Positions 1-9,586 of a stretch of DNA of 64,000 bases are shown piece by piece. Source of the stretch: an uncultured Acidobacteriota bacterium (GTDB lineage Bacteria; Acidobacteriota; Terriglobia; Terriglobales; Acidobacteriaceae); the NCBI GenBank assembly GCA_963819365.1, contig CAWFVY010000005.1:8809-72808 (forward strand), written 5' to 3'. Below the pieces are notes generated by a model, which saw only the letters and a program-made list of their open reading frames with translations, had not been told where the DNA came from and ran no database searches. Both the position numbers and the translations under genes were made by a program. Numbering within the stretch: the first letter of the stretch is position 1; each line of letters begins with the position of its first letter.

Positions 1-462
1 GATGTCGTCCGCCGTGATGCCCTGATCGGAGTAGTCCTCGCCATTCACAGGTTGCGCATGACCAAAGCCCACGCTTCCCGTTCGGGCATGACTTCTCCCG
101 TTAGAGCCCCGGCCTTCGTCCTCTGGACGGCCGCCCAGCAGAGTGAGGTCGTAAATGAGAATTTCGGTCCGATACTTCTTCTGGCCAGATTCCCGGTCAT
201 CCCACGTGCGGGTCTGGATCTTGCCCTCGATCAAAAGCTGCGAGCCTTTCTTCACATAGTCGCGAATGATCTCGGCGGTGCGGTTGAAAGCTACAAGGTT
301 GTGCCACTCCGTCCGATCCTGCCAGTTTCCCTGGCCGTCCTTTTGGCGGTCGGCGGTGGCGAGTGAGAATGATGCAACGATGGTCCCGCCGTTTGTAGAA
401 CGGATCTCGGGGTCCTTGCCCACATGTCCTAGCAAGATTGCTTTGTTGACACCTTTTGACAT
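1..462 (-). CDS. ssb: Single-stranded DNA-binding protein (last codons run off the window; not in the ORF track)
   Basis: Manual translation from ATG 462 (RBS AGGAG): MSKGVNKAILLGHVGKDPEIR...TEWHNLVAF...KKGSQLLIEGKIQTRTW...GITADDI. Classic SSB OB-fold with an acidic tail. Confidence 0.95.
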   Translation of the reverse strand, partial: MSKGVNKAILLGHVGKDPEIRSTNGGTIVASFSLATADRQKDGQGNWQDRTEWHNLVAFNRTAEIIRDYVKKGSQLLIEGKIQTRTWDDRESGQKKYRTEILIYDLTLLGGRPEDEGRGSNGRSHARTGSVGFGHAQPVNGEDYSDQGITADDI

Positions 463-486
463 AGCCGTGCTCCTTTTGCTCAGGGT

Positions 487-739
487 TCAGCTGCGCACGT
501 GTTCGAGCGCCGCTGCTTGAGAGATTTCGACGTACTCTCCGTTGAGGTACCGGTAGAACCTTTGTGAGTTCCGCCCAATGTTGAGGTAGCGCCGCGTAAT
601 CCGGTGCTTATAGAGCTCGATCTCTCCGGCGCAGCCCATGTACATGAAGTTCTCCCGGTCCGTCACATGGAACGGCCCGCTCAAGGGGAGCCCAGTTCGG
701 CTCGCCGACGGTAACAGCAAGTTGATTGGGGTCTGTCAT
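487..739 (-). CDS. Small hypothetical protein (apparent frameshift near 660)
   Basis: ATG 739 overlaps the upstream stop (ATGA); MTDPNQLAVTVGEPNWAPLERAVP joins the frame encoding DRENFMYMG...EHVRS. Confidence 0.5.
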
Positions 740-1404
740 GCTGGTTGTTCCTTGTCAGTGACGTGATTGACTACCACCATCGGCGGCACTCCGACGTGCG
801 TGTGTTTGCAGCCGACGCAGCAGACGGCCGCGGTTGTTTTTCTGATCGCCTCTTCAAACGGCGGTGGGAGAGGCAGCACCTCGCCGGCACGGCTATAGAA
901 AACGGGAGCCAGCTTCCCCCGGAGCCCACGATTCTCTTCCTTCCAGAGATCCACGGAAAGAACTCCATCCCTGCCACGAAAGAGCGGCTTCGAGACTATC
1001 TGTGGGCGCTCCCGATCTGGAACGCGCGACAGCGTATGGAGCGTGATCGCCAGCTCCCAGGTCCGTTCGCTGCGAAGCATCTCAATGCGCACCATGCTTT
1101 CCGCCAGCAAGATGGCGTGACGGCCATTCACGGCAATCGAGTGGATGGGCTGTAGCCACGGCAATGGCGACCCGTCCTCCGCGACGAAAGCGCAGGCCCG
1201 TCCCATGTCGGAGACTGCGCCTCCGGATTCCACTCCGCGCAGTACATAGCGCCTGGCCAGGTGCTGATGTTCGAGCGAGACTCCGGGCGTGCAGTAGATG
1301 CCTCGCTTTTGAAGCGCCTTAAGCGCGTTTGGCGGTAACGCCAATCCGTAAAGAGCATGGCGAGAAGAGGCGGTTCCGGGTCTCGGTTTTTCGGAAATAC
1401 TCAT
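736..1404 (-). CDS. Hypothetical protein (222 aa)
   Basis: Long ORF with RBS, co-oriented and tightly packed between the primase gene and ssb; no recognisable motif. Confidence 0.75.
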   Translation of the reverse strand: MSISEKPRPGTASSRHALYGLALPPNALKALQKRGIYCTPGVSLEHQHLARRYVLRGVESGGAVSDMGRACAFVAEDGSPLPWLQPIHSIAVNGRHAILLAESMVRIEMLRSERTWELAITLHTLSRVPDRERPQIVSKPLFRGRDGVLSVDLWKEENRGLRGKLAPVFYSRAGEVLPLPPPFEEAIRKTTAAVCCVGCKHTHVGVPPMVVVNHVTDKEQPA

Positions 1405-1416
1405 CGTTCTCGCTCC

Positions 1417-2382
1417 CTAAACCATCGCGCGCTTTCGGACGGGTTGGCCGAGCGCGGCGCGGATCTCCTCTTTGGTGCATCCGGCCCAGCACTTGTAGAA
1501 CCGGGGATCCTTGACCTGAATGGCGAGGTTGTCGCCCGAACGGTCGTGGCCGGAAGCTGCGCAGGAGGGACACCGGGCCCACCAGTTCCGGCTGTCCTTG
1601 CGCGTCGTCCGCACATAGTCGAGAATTCGGAACTCCGGGTAGCGGGGAGATGATGCCGGCGGAGTGTACGGAATCGTGGCGACCGGCCTGTACGCTTCGG
1701 GCAGGCTCATCCCTTCAATGAATGTCCTCAGCTCTGCCTCAGTCAGTTTCGTCAATCGATCGAGATACGCGAGTTGACCTTCGGGAGTGGCTTCAGCTTC
1801 ATAGAACCAGTAACGCCGATTCGTCTTCCGGTGTACGCCGAGCGGAGCACGGATCGCGTTGCCGTACTCGCCGTGATCGAGCTTGTCCTGGCGCGGGAAG
1901 ACTTCTATGCCTTCCTTCAGACCCCCGCCTTTGACCGGAACGCCGAGCCGGAGCGCGAGGTTATAGACATAGATTCGGCATTCGGATGCCAGCAACGGCT
2001 CGGCGCAGAAGATCCAGAGATGACCGCCACGGCGGGATTGCTCCAGCGCGGCGTCCACTCCATCCTGTTTGAGTTCCCATTGCAGCCGGAACAGGGAATC
2101 CAACGCTCCATCGAAGTCGGCGTCAATCGCAACCCACTTTGAACGTTGCGTCTCAGGGTTGATTGCGTAGAGACTGATCGTGACGTCGCCATTGAGGTGC
2201 ATCCGCACCACGCCATCATCGAGCGGTTTTGGTTCCTTGGTCTTCCAATCCCGCGCCGGGTAATAGGGGACGGAACCGTTCGGCAACGGTCGCTCTCCCT
2301 GGATCGCGTAGGCACGCCGGTTTACGAACAGCCGCATGAAGCTGCTTGCCGTTTCCCGGTTTACACAGAACTTGGCATACAT
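1417..2382 (-). CDS. Archaeo-eukaryotic primase (AEP/PrimPol-like) with C-terminal Cys/His Zn finger
   Basis: AEP motif I (WVAIDAD), motif II (SRRGGHLWIF), motif III region (EVFPRQD...GNAIRAPLG); C-terminal CPSC..H..D...KCWAGC; RBS AAGGAGG. Confidence 0.8.
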   Translation of the reverse strand: MYAKFCVNRETASSFMRLFVNRRAYAIQGERPLPNGSVPYYPARDWKTKEPKPLDDGVVRMHLNGDVTISLYAINPETQRSKWVAIDADFDGALDSLFRLQWELKQDGVDAALEQSRRGGHLWIFCAEPLLASECRIYVYNLALRLGVPVKGGGLKEGIEVFPRQDKLDHGEYGNAIRAPLGVHRKTNRRYWFYEAEATPEGQLAYLDRLTKLTEAELRTFIEGMSLPEAYRPVATIPYTPPASSPRYPEFRILDYVRTTRKDSRNWWARCPSCAASGHDRSGDNLAIQVKDPRFYKCWAGCTKEEIRAALGQPVRKRAMV

Positions 2383-2411
2383 GGCGTCCTGCCTCCTTCA
2401 TCCGTTGTGTG

Positions 2412-2442
2412 GTTGTATCCCGGGTCCAAAACTCGGTCAAAT
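2412..2442 (-). promoter_or_regulatory. ICE promoter motif copy A (TTGACC-17-TACAAC), upstream of the primase-ssb operon
   Basis: Minus strand ATTTGACCGAGTTTTGGACCCGGGATACAAC; identical 15-mer at 26603 and 27931. Confidence 0.7.
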
Positions 2443-2506
2443 CTTCGGAATGGGCGAGCAGTACACGCTAGTCAGCATGTCTCCTCGCCCGTTCCGGTTA
2501 AAGGCC

Positions 2507-2689
2507 CTACGCGGCTTTGCTCCTTGGGACGGCGACGATCTTCACGAACTTGGGTGCGCTCATGGAGAAAACTGGCGCCGGGTTGGGGGCCGAGTGGCCG
2601 TGAGTTCTTCCTGGCGCGCACCAGGCGGACGACTGAACCCTGGCGATCGCGCGATTGATCGAGCGGATACGACTTGCGGACAGACGCAT
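2507..2689 (-). CDS. Possible small protein (60 aa)
   Basis: RBS GGAGGAACCGTCATG followed by MRLSASRIRS...PRSKAA. Confidence 0.35.
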   Translation of the reverse strand: MRLSASRIRSINRAIARVQSSAWCAPGRTHGHSAPNPAPVFSMSAPKFVKIVAVPRSKAA

Positions 2690-2744
2690 GACGGTTCCTC
2701 CGTGGATAGGGACGGTTTTGCTTGTTTGGGTGTAGCGAGGTGGG

Positions 2745-3104
2745 CTAGGCGTTGGCCGGCTGGAATTCAGTGAGCAGCAGGCCAGGCTGCTCAACCAGGC
2801 GGAACAGGTCGTACTCGGAGAACGCGCGGTCGAACTTCTCCGAGGTGAACTGGTCTTCGCAACCTTCGAACGAGAGCATGTACCACTGCTCGCGCTGTCG
2901 ATCGAAAACGTAGATCGCTCCTGATTCACTGTTGTCGGGCACCATTTGTAGGAGCAGGACACCTTTGGCTGTCTGGACCCAGCGGGTGGCAATGGCCTCA
3001 CCGAGTTCCAGAAAGGCGGCGACAGTTTGCTCGATTGAGTTGGCGGCACGGTCCCGCCAACTGAACATCTTGTACGCGGACATCTTTCCCAAGCTGGATT
3101 GCAT
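2745..3104 (-). CDS. Hypothetical protein (119 aa)
   Basis: Strong RBS AGAAAGGAGA; globular-looking composition. Confidence 0.7.
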   Translation of the reverse strand: MQSSLGKMSAYKMFSWRDRAANSIEQTVAAFLELGEAIATRWVQTAKGVLLLQMVPDNSESGAIYVFDRQREQWYMLSFEGCEDQFTSEKFDRAFSEYDLFRLVEQPGLLLTEFQPANA

Positions 3105-3152
3105 GGCAATTCTCCTTTCTTCTGAGTTGGGGTTAATGGGATGGATCGCGGG

Positions 3153-3411
3153 TCAGCAGGTCCGGCTCTTCAGTGTGAGGAACCACATTCGAGTAAGCGA
3201 TCCGAGCAGAGCTGCGAACAGCAATGTCACTCCTACCTGCTGAAGCGGGGCGTGGTTGGTAGCTCCATAGAGCGTTCCAGCGTACCTCGCGACGATGATC
3301 GCGTTGAACACGGTCTGCACAAGGCAGATCGCAAGGCGGCGCTGGAAGGGGTTTGAGGGAGAATTCCCTTCCGCCGTTCTGATTGGGGGCGGCAGGGGCG
3401 TAGTGGTGCAT
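3153..3411 (-). CDS. Small membrane protein (apparent frameshift)
   Basis: RBS AAGGAAATCGCCATG at 3411; the C-terminal frame encodes two hydrophobic stretches (LAICLVQTVFNAIIV; VGVTLLFAALLGSL). Confidence 0.4.
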
Positions 3412-3902
3412 GGCGATTTCCTTCCTTTCGTGGCATGGTGGGCCGGTTGTCGTTCTTGGGGTGGGCGCGCAGGGAGGCATTGACGAGCTGGCGCCAAGGG
3501 GGGCGCCTGAGTTTGCCTCGGAGGCTCAGAATGTTTGGGAGTGTGTACTGAGGGCGGGTGCACCCGTTAGCAGTAGGAGTTCCGCCGCTGTGCGTCCTCA
3601 GCTAGCGTTGAGGACTGGGGCCCAACAATCGACCTGACTGGCATCAAATCGCTGGTTGGCCCGATTGAAAATCACTCAATTTCTTTATTCCTTCTCTCCA
3701 ACTTCTTCCCGCCACCTCAACATTGCCATGCAAACAAGGGGATAGTCAGAAAGGAAGTTTTTGAGCGGCCATAACTTAGGGAGTGCCGATTCCGTTCAAT
3801 AACGAGGCAAAAGAGGTCAAAGCAGATGCATTGAAACGTCAATGCGACGTAAATACAACCACAAAGGACAGTCGAAGGAATGCCTTGCCCAGCGCAATGG
3901 AA

Positions 3903-4715
3903 CTACGACACTCTCAAATCGAGAAGTTCGCGGAGCGGCACAATTTCTGAGCTCGCCGTGTTGGTCAGAGTGCGCGTCTCAAGGAGAGAACGGCGGAATG
4001 CTTCGCTCAGTGCAAAGCCGATTCGCTTCCGAGTCGCGCGCAATTCCATGGCAAGCAGATACAGAATGTCGTCGCTTGAGGTCAGGTACAAGACCGTATC
4101 CGTAGCTTTGTCTCTGTTGAGAGCCTCACAAATTGCGTCATAACGGGATGCTGCCTTCGCGCTTCTCTCGTATTCGATCCCGATCGTTCGTGTGCATCCG
4201 TCGACTTCGATCTCCGCGACGGCGTCATAGTCTTTGATCGTTCCGCCGGCGGCAACCAGGTTCCGCGAGGTGATCTCCACGTCACTCTTCCACGACCGAA
4301 GCAAGCCTGATCGGGCAAGAGCCAGATGGATATTGACCAGTTCCAGCGCGTGAGCGACCTTCGACGGGTGGAGAATCTGCTCCGTGTCACTAGGCAACGA
4401 CACCAGGTAGTGACCGCGCGACTCAAGACATTCAAGACCTTGCTGGGTAATTCCATAGACAGGTTTACCCAGAAACCGCTGTCCATTCAATCTTTCGATC
4501 AGGCCAACTTTTTCGAGTCGCGTCACCCGCCAGCGCAACGAGCGAACGATCGCCTCCAGCATCTCGTGGGCAAGCAGGTCGCGAAGCTGATCGAAAGTGA
4601 TCGCGCGCGAGTTCCGCACTTGGAGCAGAACCGGCACATCACATGTGTCGGACAGGGCGATATAGCCCTTGTAATACCTCACGGGAGCGCTCCTTCGCTG
4701 AGTCGAATTCGGCAT
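3903..4715 (-). CDS. Replic_Relax / MOB_C-type relaxase (winged helix + PD-(D/E)xK-like nuclease)
   Basis: N-terminal wHTH (ITFDQLRDL...RVTRLEKVGLIER...VYGITQQG), H-x-L motif (VAHALEL) and D-x-E-x-E motif (DYDAVAEI...IGIEYERSAK); downstream of VirD4. Confidence 0.75.
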   Translation of the reverse strand: MPNSTQRRSAPVRYYKGYIALSDTCDVPVLLQVRNSRAITFDQLRDLLAHEMLEAIVRSLRWRVTRLEKVGLIERLNGQRFLGKPVYGITQQGLECLESRGHYLVSLPSDTEQILHPSKVAHALELVNIHLALARSGLLRSWKSDVEITSRNLVAAGGTIKDYDAVAEIEVDGCTRTIGIEYERSAKAASRYDAICEALNRDKATDTVLYLTSSDDILYLLAMELRATRKRIGFALSEAFRRSLLETRTLTNTASSEIVPLRELLDLRVS

Positions 4716-5206
4716 TCAGCCTGATCAACTTGCCATCGTCCGAGGTCGCTCTCGACCCAATCTCCAGCGCCGAACAGCAACATTGCTTCGTACCTTTCAC
4801 CACGTAGGCTGATCGAAATTGGCCGGACTCCTGTCGACTTCCAACCGGATTTAGCGAACTGGATCGCGCCATGCTCCGCGGATTTGAGAGTGACCAGATA
4901 GGCGTCCGGCGTCATCTCACCCGCGCGTCGCTCGAAAAGCAGGTGCATCTTCCCGGCGAATTGGCGTGGCGCAGAGCAAAGAAATGTCTTGCCGAGCGCG
5001 CGCAATGGAAATTCCGGATCAAATCCGCTCTTCGCGTTGAAGCGAATTTGTCCGGGAAAGATCGCGCTGTGGTGGAGACGCCTTCCCGACATAAGTCCAG
5101 CGGCGTTGAAGTAGGCTGCCTTCCGCCGGAAGCAAAATGGATCGTTTGTGTCGCGTGAACGCATCGCCCACCAGTTCGTCCCGAAGCTGATTACGCGGAT
5201 GTGCAT
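4679..5206 (-). CDS. Hypothetical protein (175 aa)
   Basis: ORF in the coupling protein-relaxase operon with overlapping junctions. Confidence 0.65.
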   Translation of the reverse strand: MHIRVISFGTNWWAMRSRDTNDPFCFRRKAAYFNAAGLMSGRRLHHSAIFPGQIRFNAKSGFDPEFPLRALGKTFLCSAPRQFAGKMHLLFERRAGEMTPDAYLVTLKSAEHGAIQFAKSGWKSTGVRPISISLRGERYEAMLLFGAGDWVESDLGRWQVDQAECRIRLSEGALP

Positions 5207-5865
5207 GCCCCCAACTCCGCCATAAGCGTGCCTAGGACAGCGCGTGTTTGGGCCATTCTTTCGGGACCCCGGAGATAGTGGAGGAACCAGATGCGCTCGA
5301 AAGCGAGCCTGGGAAGTGGCAGATTATCGTCATGAAACAGAGTGAGAAGTCTGTCCAACTCGACCATTGAGCGGGTGAAGTCGATCTCCTCGGCGCGATG
5401 CGGCCCGAGTTCCTGAGCCAGATAATCGTCCCACTCCTCGGCAACCGAGCGGTCGGATACACCACTTTTGTAACCACTCCAAAGCGCGAAATAGGGGTTC
5501 TTCTGCGCAAGATGCGTGAGCAGTTCCTCAATCTGTCTGCGCGGAGATGGTGGTGTCTCGAGATCATCGAATGGAGTAGCCGGCTGCGCCCGATTGAAGA
5601 GATACACCGTGAGACTTTTGAAGATCAGGTCGTTAAGTGCCTCCAATGCGGCTGTTCGCTCAGGGTCCTGCATGGTCACAGTGCGTCTTGCCTCCTCCGC
5701 GAACTGAGTTGGAAACGGAAGTCCCTGGATCCGATAGAAGCTCCGAAAGAGATCCATGCGGCCGACGGCTAGCGCATAAGGCTGCTCCGGGAGGGGAATC
5801 TCACTACGGACATGCGTCAGCCAATCGTCATGACTTCCAAAATCGGATGGGGTCTTTCTGGTCAT
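5191..5865 (-). CDS. Hypothetical protein with an internal two-fold repeat
   Basis: 224-aa ORF; GLPFP..F.E...PERTAALEAL recurs as NLPLP..AFE...PERMAQTRAV. Confidence 0.7.
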   Translation of the reverse strand: MTRKTPSDFGSHDDWLTHVRSEIPLPEQPYALAVGRMDLFRSFYRIQGLPFPTQFAEEARRTVTMQDPERTAALEALNDLIFKSLTVYLFNRAQPATPFDDLETPPSPRRQIEELLTHLAQKNPYFALWSGYKSGVSDRSVAEEWDDYLAQELGPHRAEEIDFTRSMVELDRLLTLFHDDNLPLPRLAFERIWFLHYLRGPERMAQTRAVLGTLMAELGACTSA

Positions 5866-6635
5866 TCTGGTCCTCTCATGCGCCCTTGAGGGTTGCAGTT
5901 ACGGCGCCGCTCCTGGTCGAGCAAGACTGTCGTTTGGTTGAGGCGCTGCTTCAGATTCTGTTCACTGTTCTGCAACGCTTCCACGCGCCGCTGCAGTAAG
6001 AGATTGCTTTGTTGCAGGCTCGCTGCAGTTGCATCCGGCGCCGAGGCGGCGATCTTCTCTGCCTCCGCTGGCGAAATTCCTTTGCTGTCCGCCAGAGCGC
6101 GAACGCTCTTCGTCAAGCTCCCATTCGTGCCGGATTCCTGTTCCGAAGGCCCTGTTTTGCGTGAAAGGGCTGCTTCAGCATCGGCATTATGCGCTTCGAC
6201 CAACTGATTGAACTGTTCGGTCCGGCGCTCTATCTCGACCCGGTCGCTGACGCGGCCGTTCCATAACTGTGCAATGAGAGACGCTGCAATAAGTTCGCGC
6301 TTGTTCATAGCGCGCCACTGAAAGAGGACAATTGCGACCAGTCCGCAGAGCAGAAGGAGCGTCACTACATTCGACCAGAAGTAGAGATCGTCAATCGTGT
6401 ATCCGACGACGGCATTCCGCGCGGACGCCATTTTGGAGCCGTAGTCGGTGTCATGCGGATTTACTTTGCCCAAAGCGTAATCAAGGAACCCTTGGCGTTT
6501 GGGCGCCGACTGCAGGGTTTGAACGCCTGGCTCGCTCGGGGTTTGACCGACGAATTGGCCGGCGACGCAGCAAAATGCGATCGGCGATAAGCACCCGTCG
6601 GATGACGGCTGGAACTTCGCATCTTCATTCTCCAC
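5862..6635 (-). CDS. Membrane-anchored coiled-coil hypothetical protein
   Basis: TM segment (VVTLLLLCGLVAIVLF) and C-terminal heptads (LQRRVEALQNSEQNLKQRL). Confidence 0.6.
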   Translation of the reverse strand: MENEDAKFQPSSDGCLSPIAFCCVAGQFVGQTPSEPGVQTLQSAPKRQGFLDYALGKVNPHDTDYGSKMASARNAVVGYTIDDLYFWSNVVTLLLLCGLVAIVLFQWRAMNKRELIAASLIAQLWNGRVSDRVEIERRTEQFNQLVEAHNADAEAALSRKTGPSEQESGTNGSLTKSVRALADSKGISPAEAEKIAASAPDATAASLQQSNLLLQRRVEALQNSEQNLKQRLNQTTVLLDQERRRNCNPQGRMRGPE

Positions 6636-8654
6636 CTACCTCGCCGAGAAACAATCCCGCCGTTCTCCTGCGCCGCTGCTTCCGGTTCTCCGCCTCTTTG
6701 AAGCGGAGATTCACACCGACCTCAGGGTCGAAATAGCTGTGCATCTTCGGATAGAGGGAAGGCTCAAGGCCCTCCACCTGAAACCGCGGAACACGCCGAA
6801 CGTGCAAATGGGAGTGGCGGGTGCCTTCGCGGCTGTCCACCATCAGGATCTCCATCTGGCCGACCGGCAGGTTCTTGATGTGGTCTTCACGCGCACGCGT
6901 CTCCTTGATGTCGCTCTCGCTTCCCGTTCCGGTCTCTGTATATTTGGTGGAAAAGATCCCGGTTCTGCGCACCGACAGGCTGCGGCGCTTGGTGGCAATC
7001 CGGGACGATGCTTTCAAAAACCACTGCGCCGTGTGCTCTTCCGAAACGTTCATAATCATCTTCGTTCCCGGGCGCGGACGACACTTCGTCCGCAAACGCT
7101 TGGCTCACACGCTGCAACTGCGGAATGCTCTGGAACGAAAAGAGGAATGAGACTCGCGCTCCGCGGGCGGTCTGGAGTACCTGGGTAAACCCGGGATAGG
7201 CGAAGGGCGAAAACTCATCCAGGATCACCGAAAGCATCGGTTCGTCGGCATCCCGATCACTCGTCGGCTGTGCGTAACGCTTGCCAACCATCAGCTGGAT
7301 GTTCTGAAGCAGGATCTTTCCCAGGGCTTCGACGGCACGCTGATTACGGTTGGCGTTGAGGGAGACAAACAGAATGAGATCCTTGTTGAGAACGTCGTCG
7401 AGCGTAAGCAGGTCCTGATAGGAGCCGGTAACAATCGACAGTTCGTCCTCCAGGAAACTCAAAAGCTCGTTCAAAAGCCCCTGAATCTTCTCCACCCGCT
7501 CCCTGTCTGCAAGCGATCGCTGAAGCATTTTGACCGACATCTCGAAGTTCAACCGCTTCTGCATGGAGATACCCGGCACTGAGGCCAGGCGTGCCTTCGC
7601 AACTCCGATCTGTTCCTCCAGAACCTTCTCATCGAGCGCCATCACCAGCACGTCGTAGACGTTGAACAGTTTTCCCGTGTACTGGAGTATGCGAACAAGA
7701 TCCGAGAGGTACGCCTCCTGGTGTCCTTTGAAGAAGTCTTCGCGCAGCCCGAAGGACCGGAAAATGAAATTCACGTGTTCCTGGTAAGCATCGTCGAGTG
7801 CATAAAACGGGTTATATCGCGCCGATTCCGCAGGGTGGGTTGGATCGATCACGCGTAGATCTTGCAGGCGGCCGGCAGCCTCGATATGCGGCAGAAGGCG
7901 ATGAAGAAACTCCCTCTCGCCCTTGCCGTCAAAGATGATCATCGGCATTTTGCGCGAGCCGAAGCGCCGCATCACATCCTGCGCGATGATGTTTTCGAGA
8001 AAAGTTGACTTGCCAGAACCCGTGCCGCCCACGATGACTCCGTGCTTCATGCGCACGATGTCGGGCCAGAGCCACGGCTCCTTGTGCACGTTGTATCCGA
8101 GCAAAGTAGCTTCACCTTGATTGGCGGCACGGACTGTTGCCGCATCCTTCGATGCCGGGATAAGGATGGCGGGGTGTGGCCAATTCTCCTCTCTTCTTCG
8201 TCTGCGACCAACCAGTTGTGCGATGAGAAGGCCGCCGCCGAAAAACAGGATGGCGCCGTACAGGAAGATTTCAAGACACTGTTGGTTGCTGAGATGGAGG
8301 CGTGACACAGCAACATACCACGCGAACGCGAGCACGGCGCAGGTGAGCAGACACCAGAACGCCTAGCGACATCTTCCGGTCCTCTCTGGCGCAATGTGGG
8401 CTGATCGTAGTAGGGGCTCATCCGCGCCCTCCCACTGAGAAATACACAAAGACCCCAAGCAGAGCACACAGCAAGACCACGTGAGAATGAGCAGTGGACT
8501 GGGTCTCCAGCGGCCCTTCTCATCGATGGGTTTGAGTTCATCAGAGAAAGATTCGAGGAGGGAGCTCTGCAGATTGGTTTCGGCATCGCTCACGGTAGAT
8601 CTGTCTCAGCGCCTGGCGCACTTCGTCTGGCGAAATGTAGCCCTGCGCGTCCAT
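6625..8654 (-). CDS. virD4: Type IV coupling protein VirD4/TraD-like (several apparent frameshifts)
   Basis: N-terminal TMs, Walker A GGTGSGKST, DGKG motif, Walker B VILDEF, QTARGARV...FQSIPQL; pieces 8363-8654, 6887-8335 and 6625-7095. Confidence 0.88.
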
Positions 8655-8656
8655 GA

Positions 8657-9505
8657 CTAGAGAACCGCCTCGACCTTCAGAGGTCCGTTTTGGTCAGCGC
8701 CGAAGTTCAGCTGATAAATCTGCGGAGGGTTGTCCTGTCGAAGTTCCAATGCTGATTACGCCCGTCGTCTTTTCTCCCGGCGCAAGATCGCGCACTACCT
8801 GACTCGGCCTGCATCACATCGATGCCTGAAACTTGTGTTCGCTTTGAAGGTCGTGAAGGTCCGAGACGTGATCTGATGATTCCTGAGACTCACGAGCGAA
8901 ATCGGCTGTTCGGTCGGGACAGGGGCGCACACATCCGGAGTCGTGACCCGGAACGGAGCCTTGGTCTCGTTGGCTACCGAATAGCGAATATAGATGCGAT
9001 CCTTCGCGCGATAGACCTGTTCTAGATCGACCTCGACGCGCCCCGTGGCGGGTTTTTCCGCGTCATGCACGACGTCTTCGACTCCCATCATTGCCTGTGT
9101 AAGTACCAGCGAAGCGATCTTGCGAATCTCTACATCTGACGGCTCGGCCGACGCCTGCGTGCTGCTATGCGGGTTGAGCGCAGGTTCGGTGCGAACCAGG
9201 ACATCCATGTGAGCGAGTTGGCCCGCCGGATCGAGCTCGTAGCTCAGTTCGCGCGATGCGGTCCAGACAAAGAGATTGGTGGACACGCCCTCCCGGAGAG
9301 GCTTCACAAAAACCTTGTCGTCATGTCGCTCGACCTGAAAGCTGTCTGGATCGGCGATCGCAAGCGTCGTCACGGATTCGCCGAATTCGAGAACCGTCAG
9401 ATGATTGAGTGACGTCTCGATGTGACGGATCTGGCTTTGGCTGGTCGTCTGCGCCCCGGCCGCGATCGCACCGAGAGCAAGAAAAAGGATCGTGATCGTC
9501 TTCAT
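8657..9505 (-). CDS. Secreted conjugal transfer protein, VirB9/TrbG/TraK-like (frameshift near 8800)
   Basis: Signal peptide MKTITILFLALGAIAAGA; LTVLEF...DKVFVKP...TNLFVWT matches the VirB9-like N-domain pattern; the C-terminus continues in another frame to TAG 8657. Confidence 0.6.
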
Positions 9506-9535
9506 AGCGGCCTCCCTGGGCGCGGGGTGAGTCAC

Positions 9536-9581
9536 AAAAAGGAAAAGAGAAGCCGGGGCGCGAGGCCACAGCTTCTCTTTT
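9536..9581 (-). terminator. Intrinsic terminator-like hairpin after the RNA polymerase-like gene
   Basis: Minus strand AAAAGAGAAGC-17 nt-GCTTCTCTTTT followed by TCCTTTTT. Confidence 0.6.
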
Positions 9582-9586
9582 GCCGG

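Noticed and set aside
3790-3822. Sixth copy of the ICE promoter motif (TTTGACCTCTTTT)
   Set aside because: It lacks the CGA after TTGAC and has no CAnnnT/TAnnnT hexamer at 17-18 nt.
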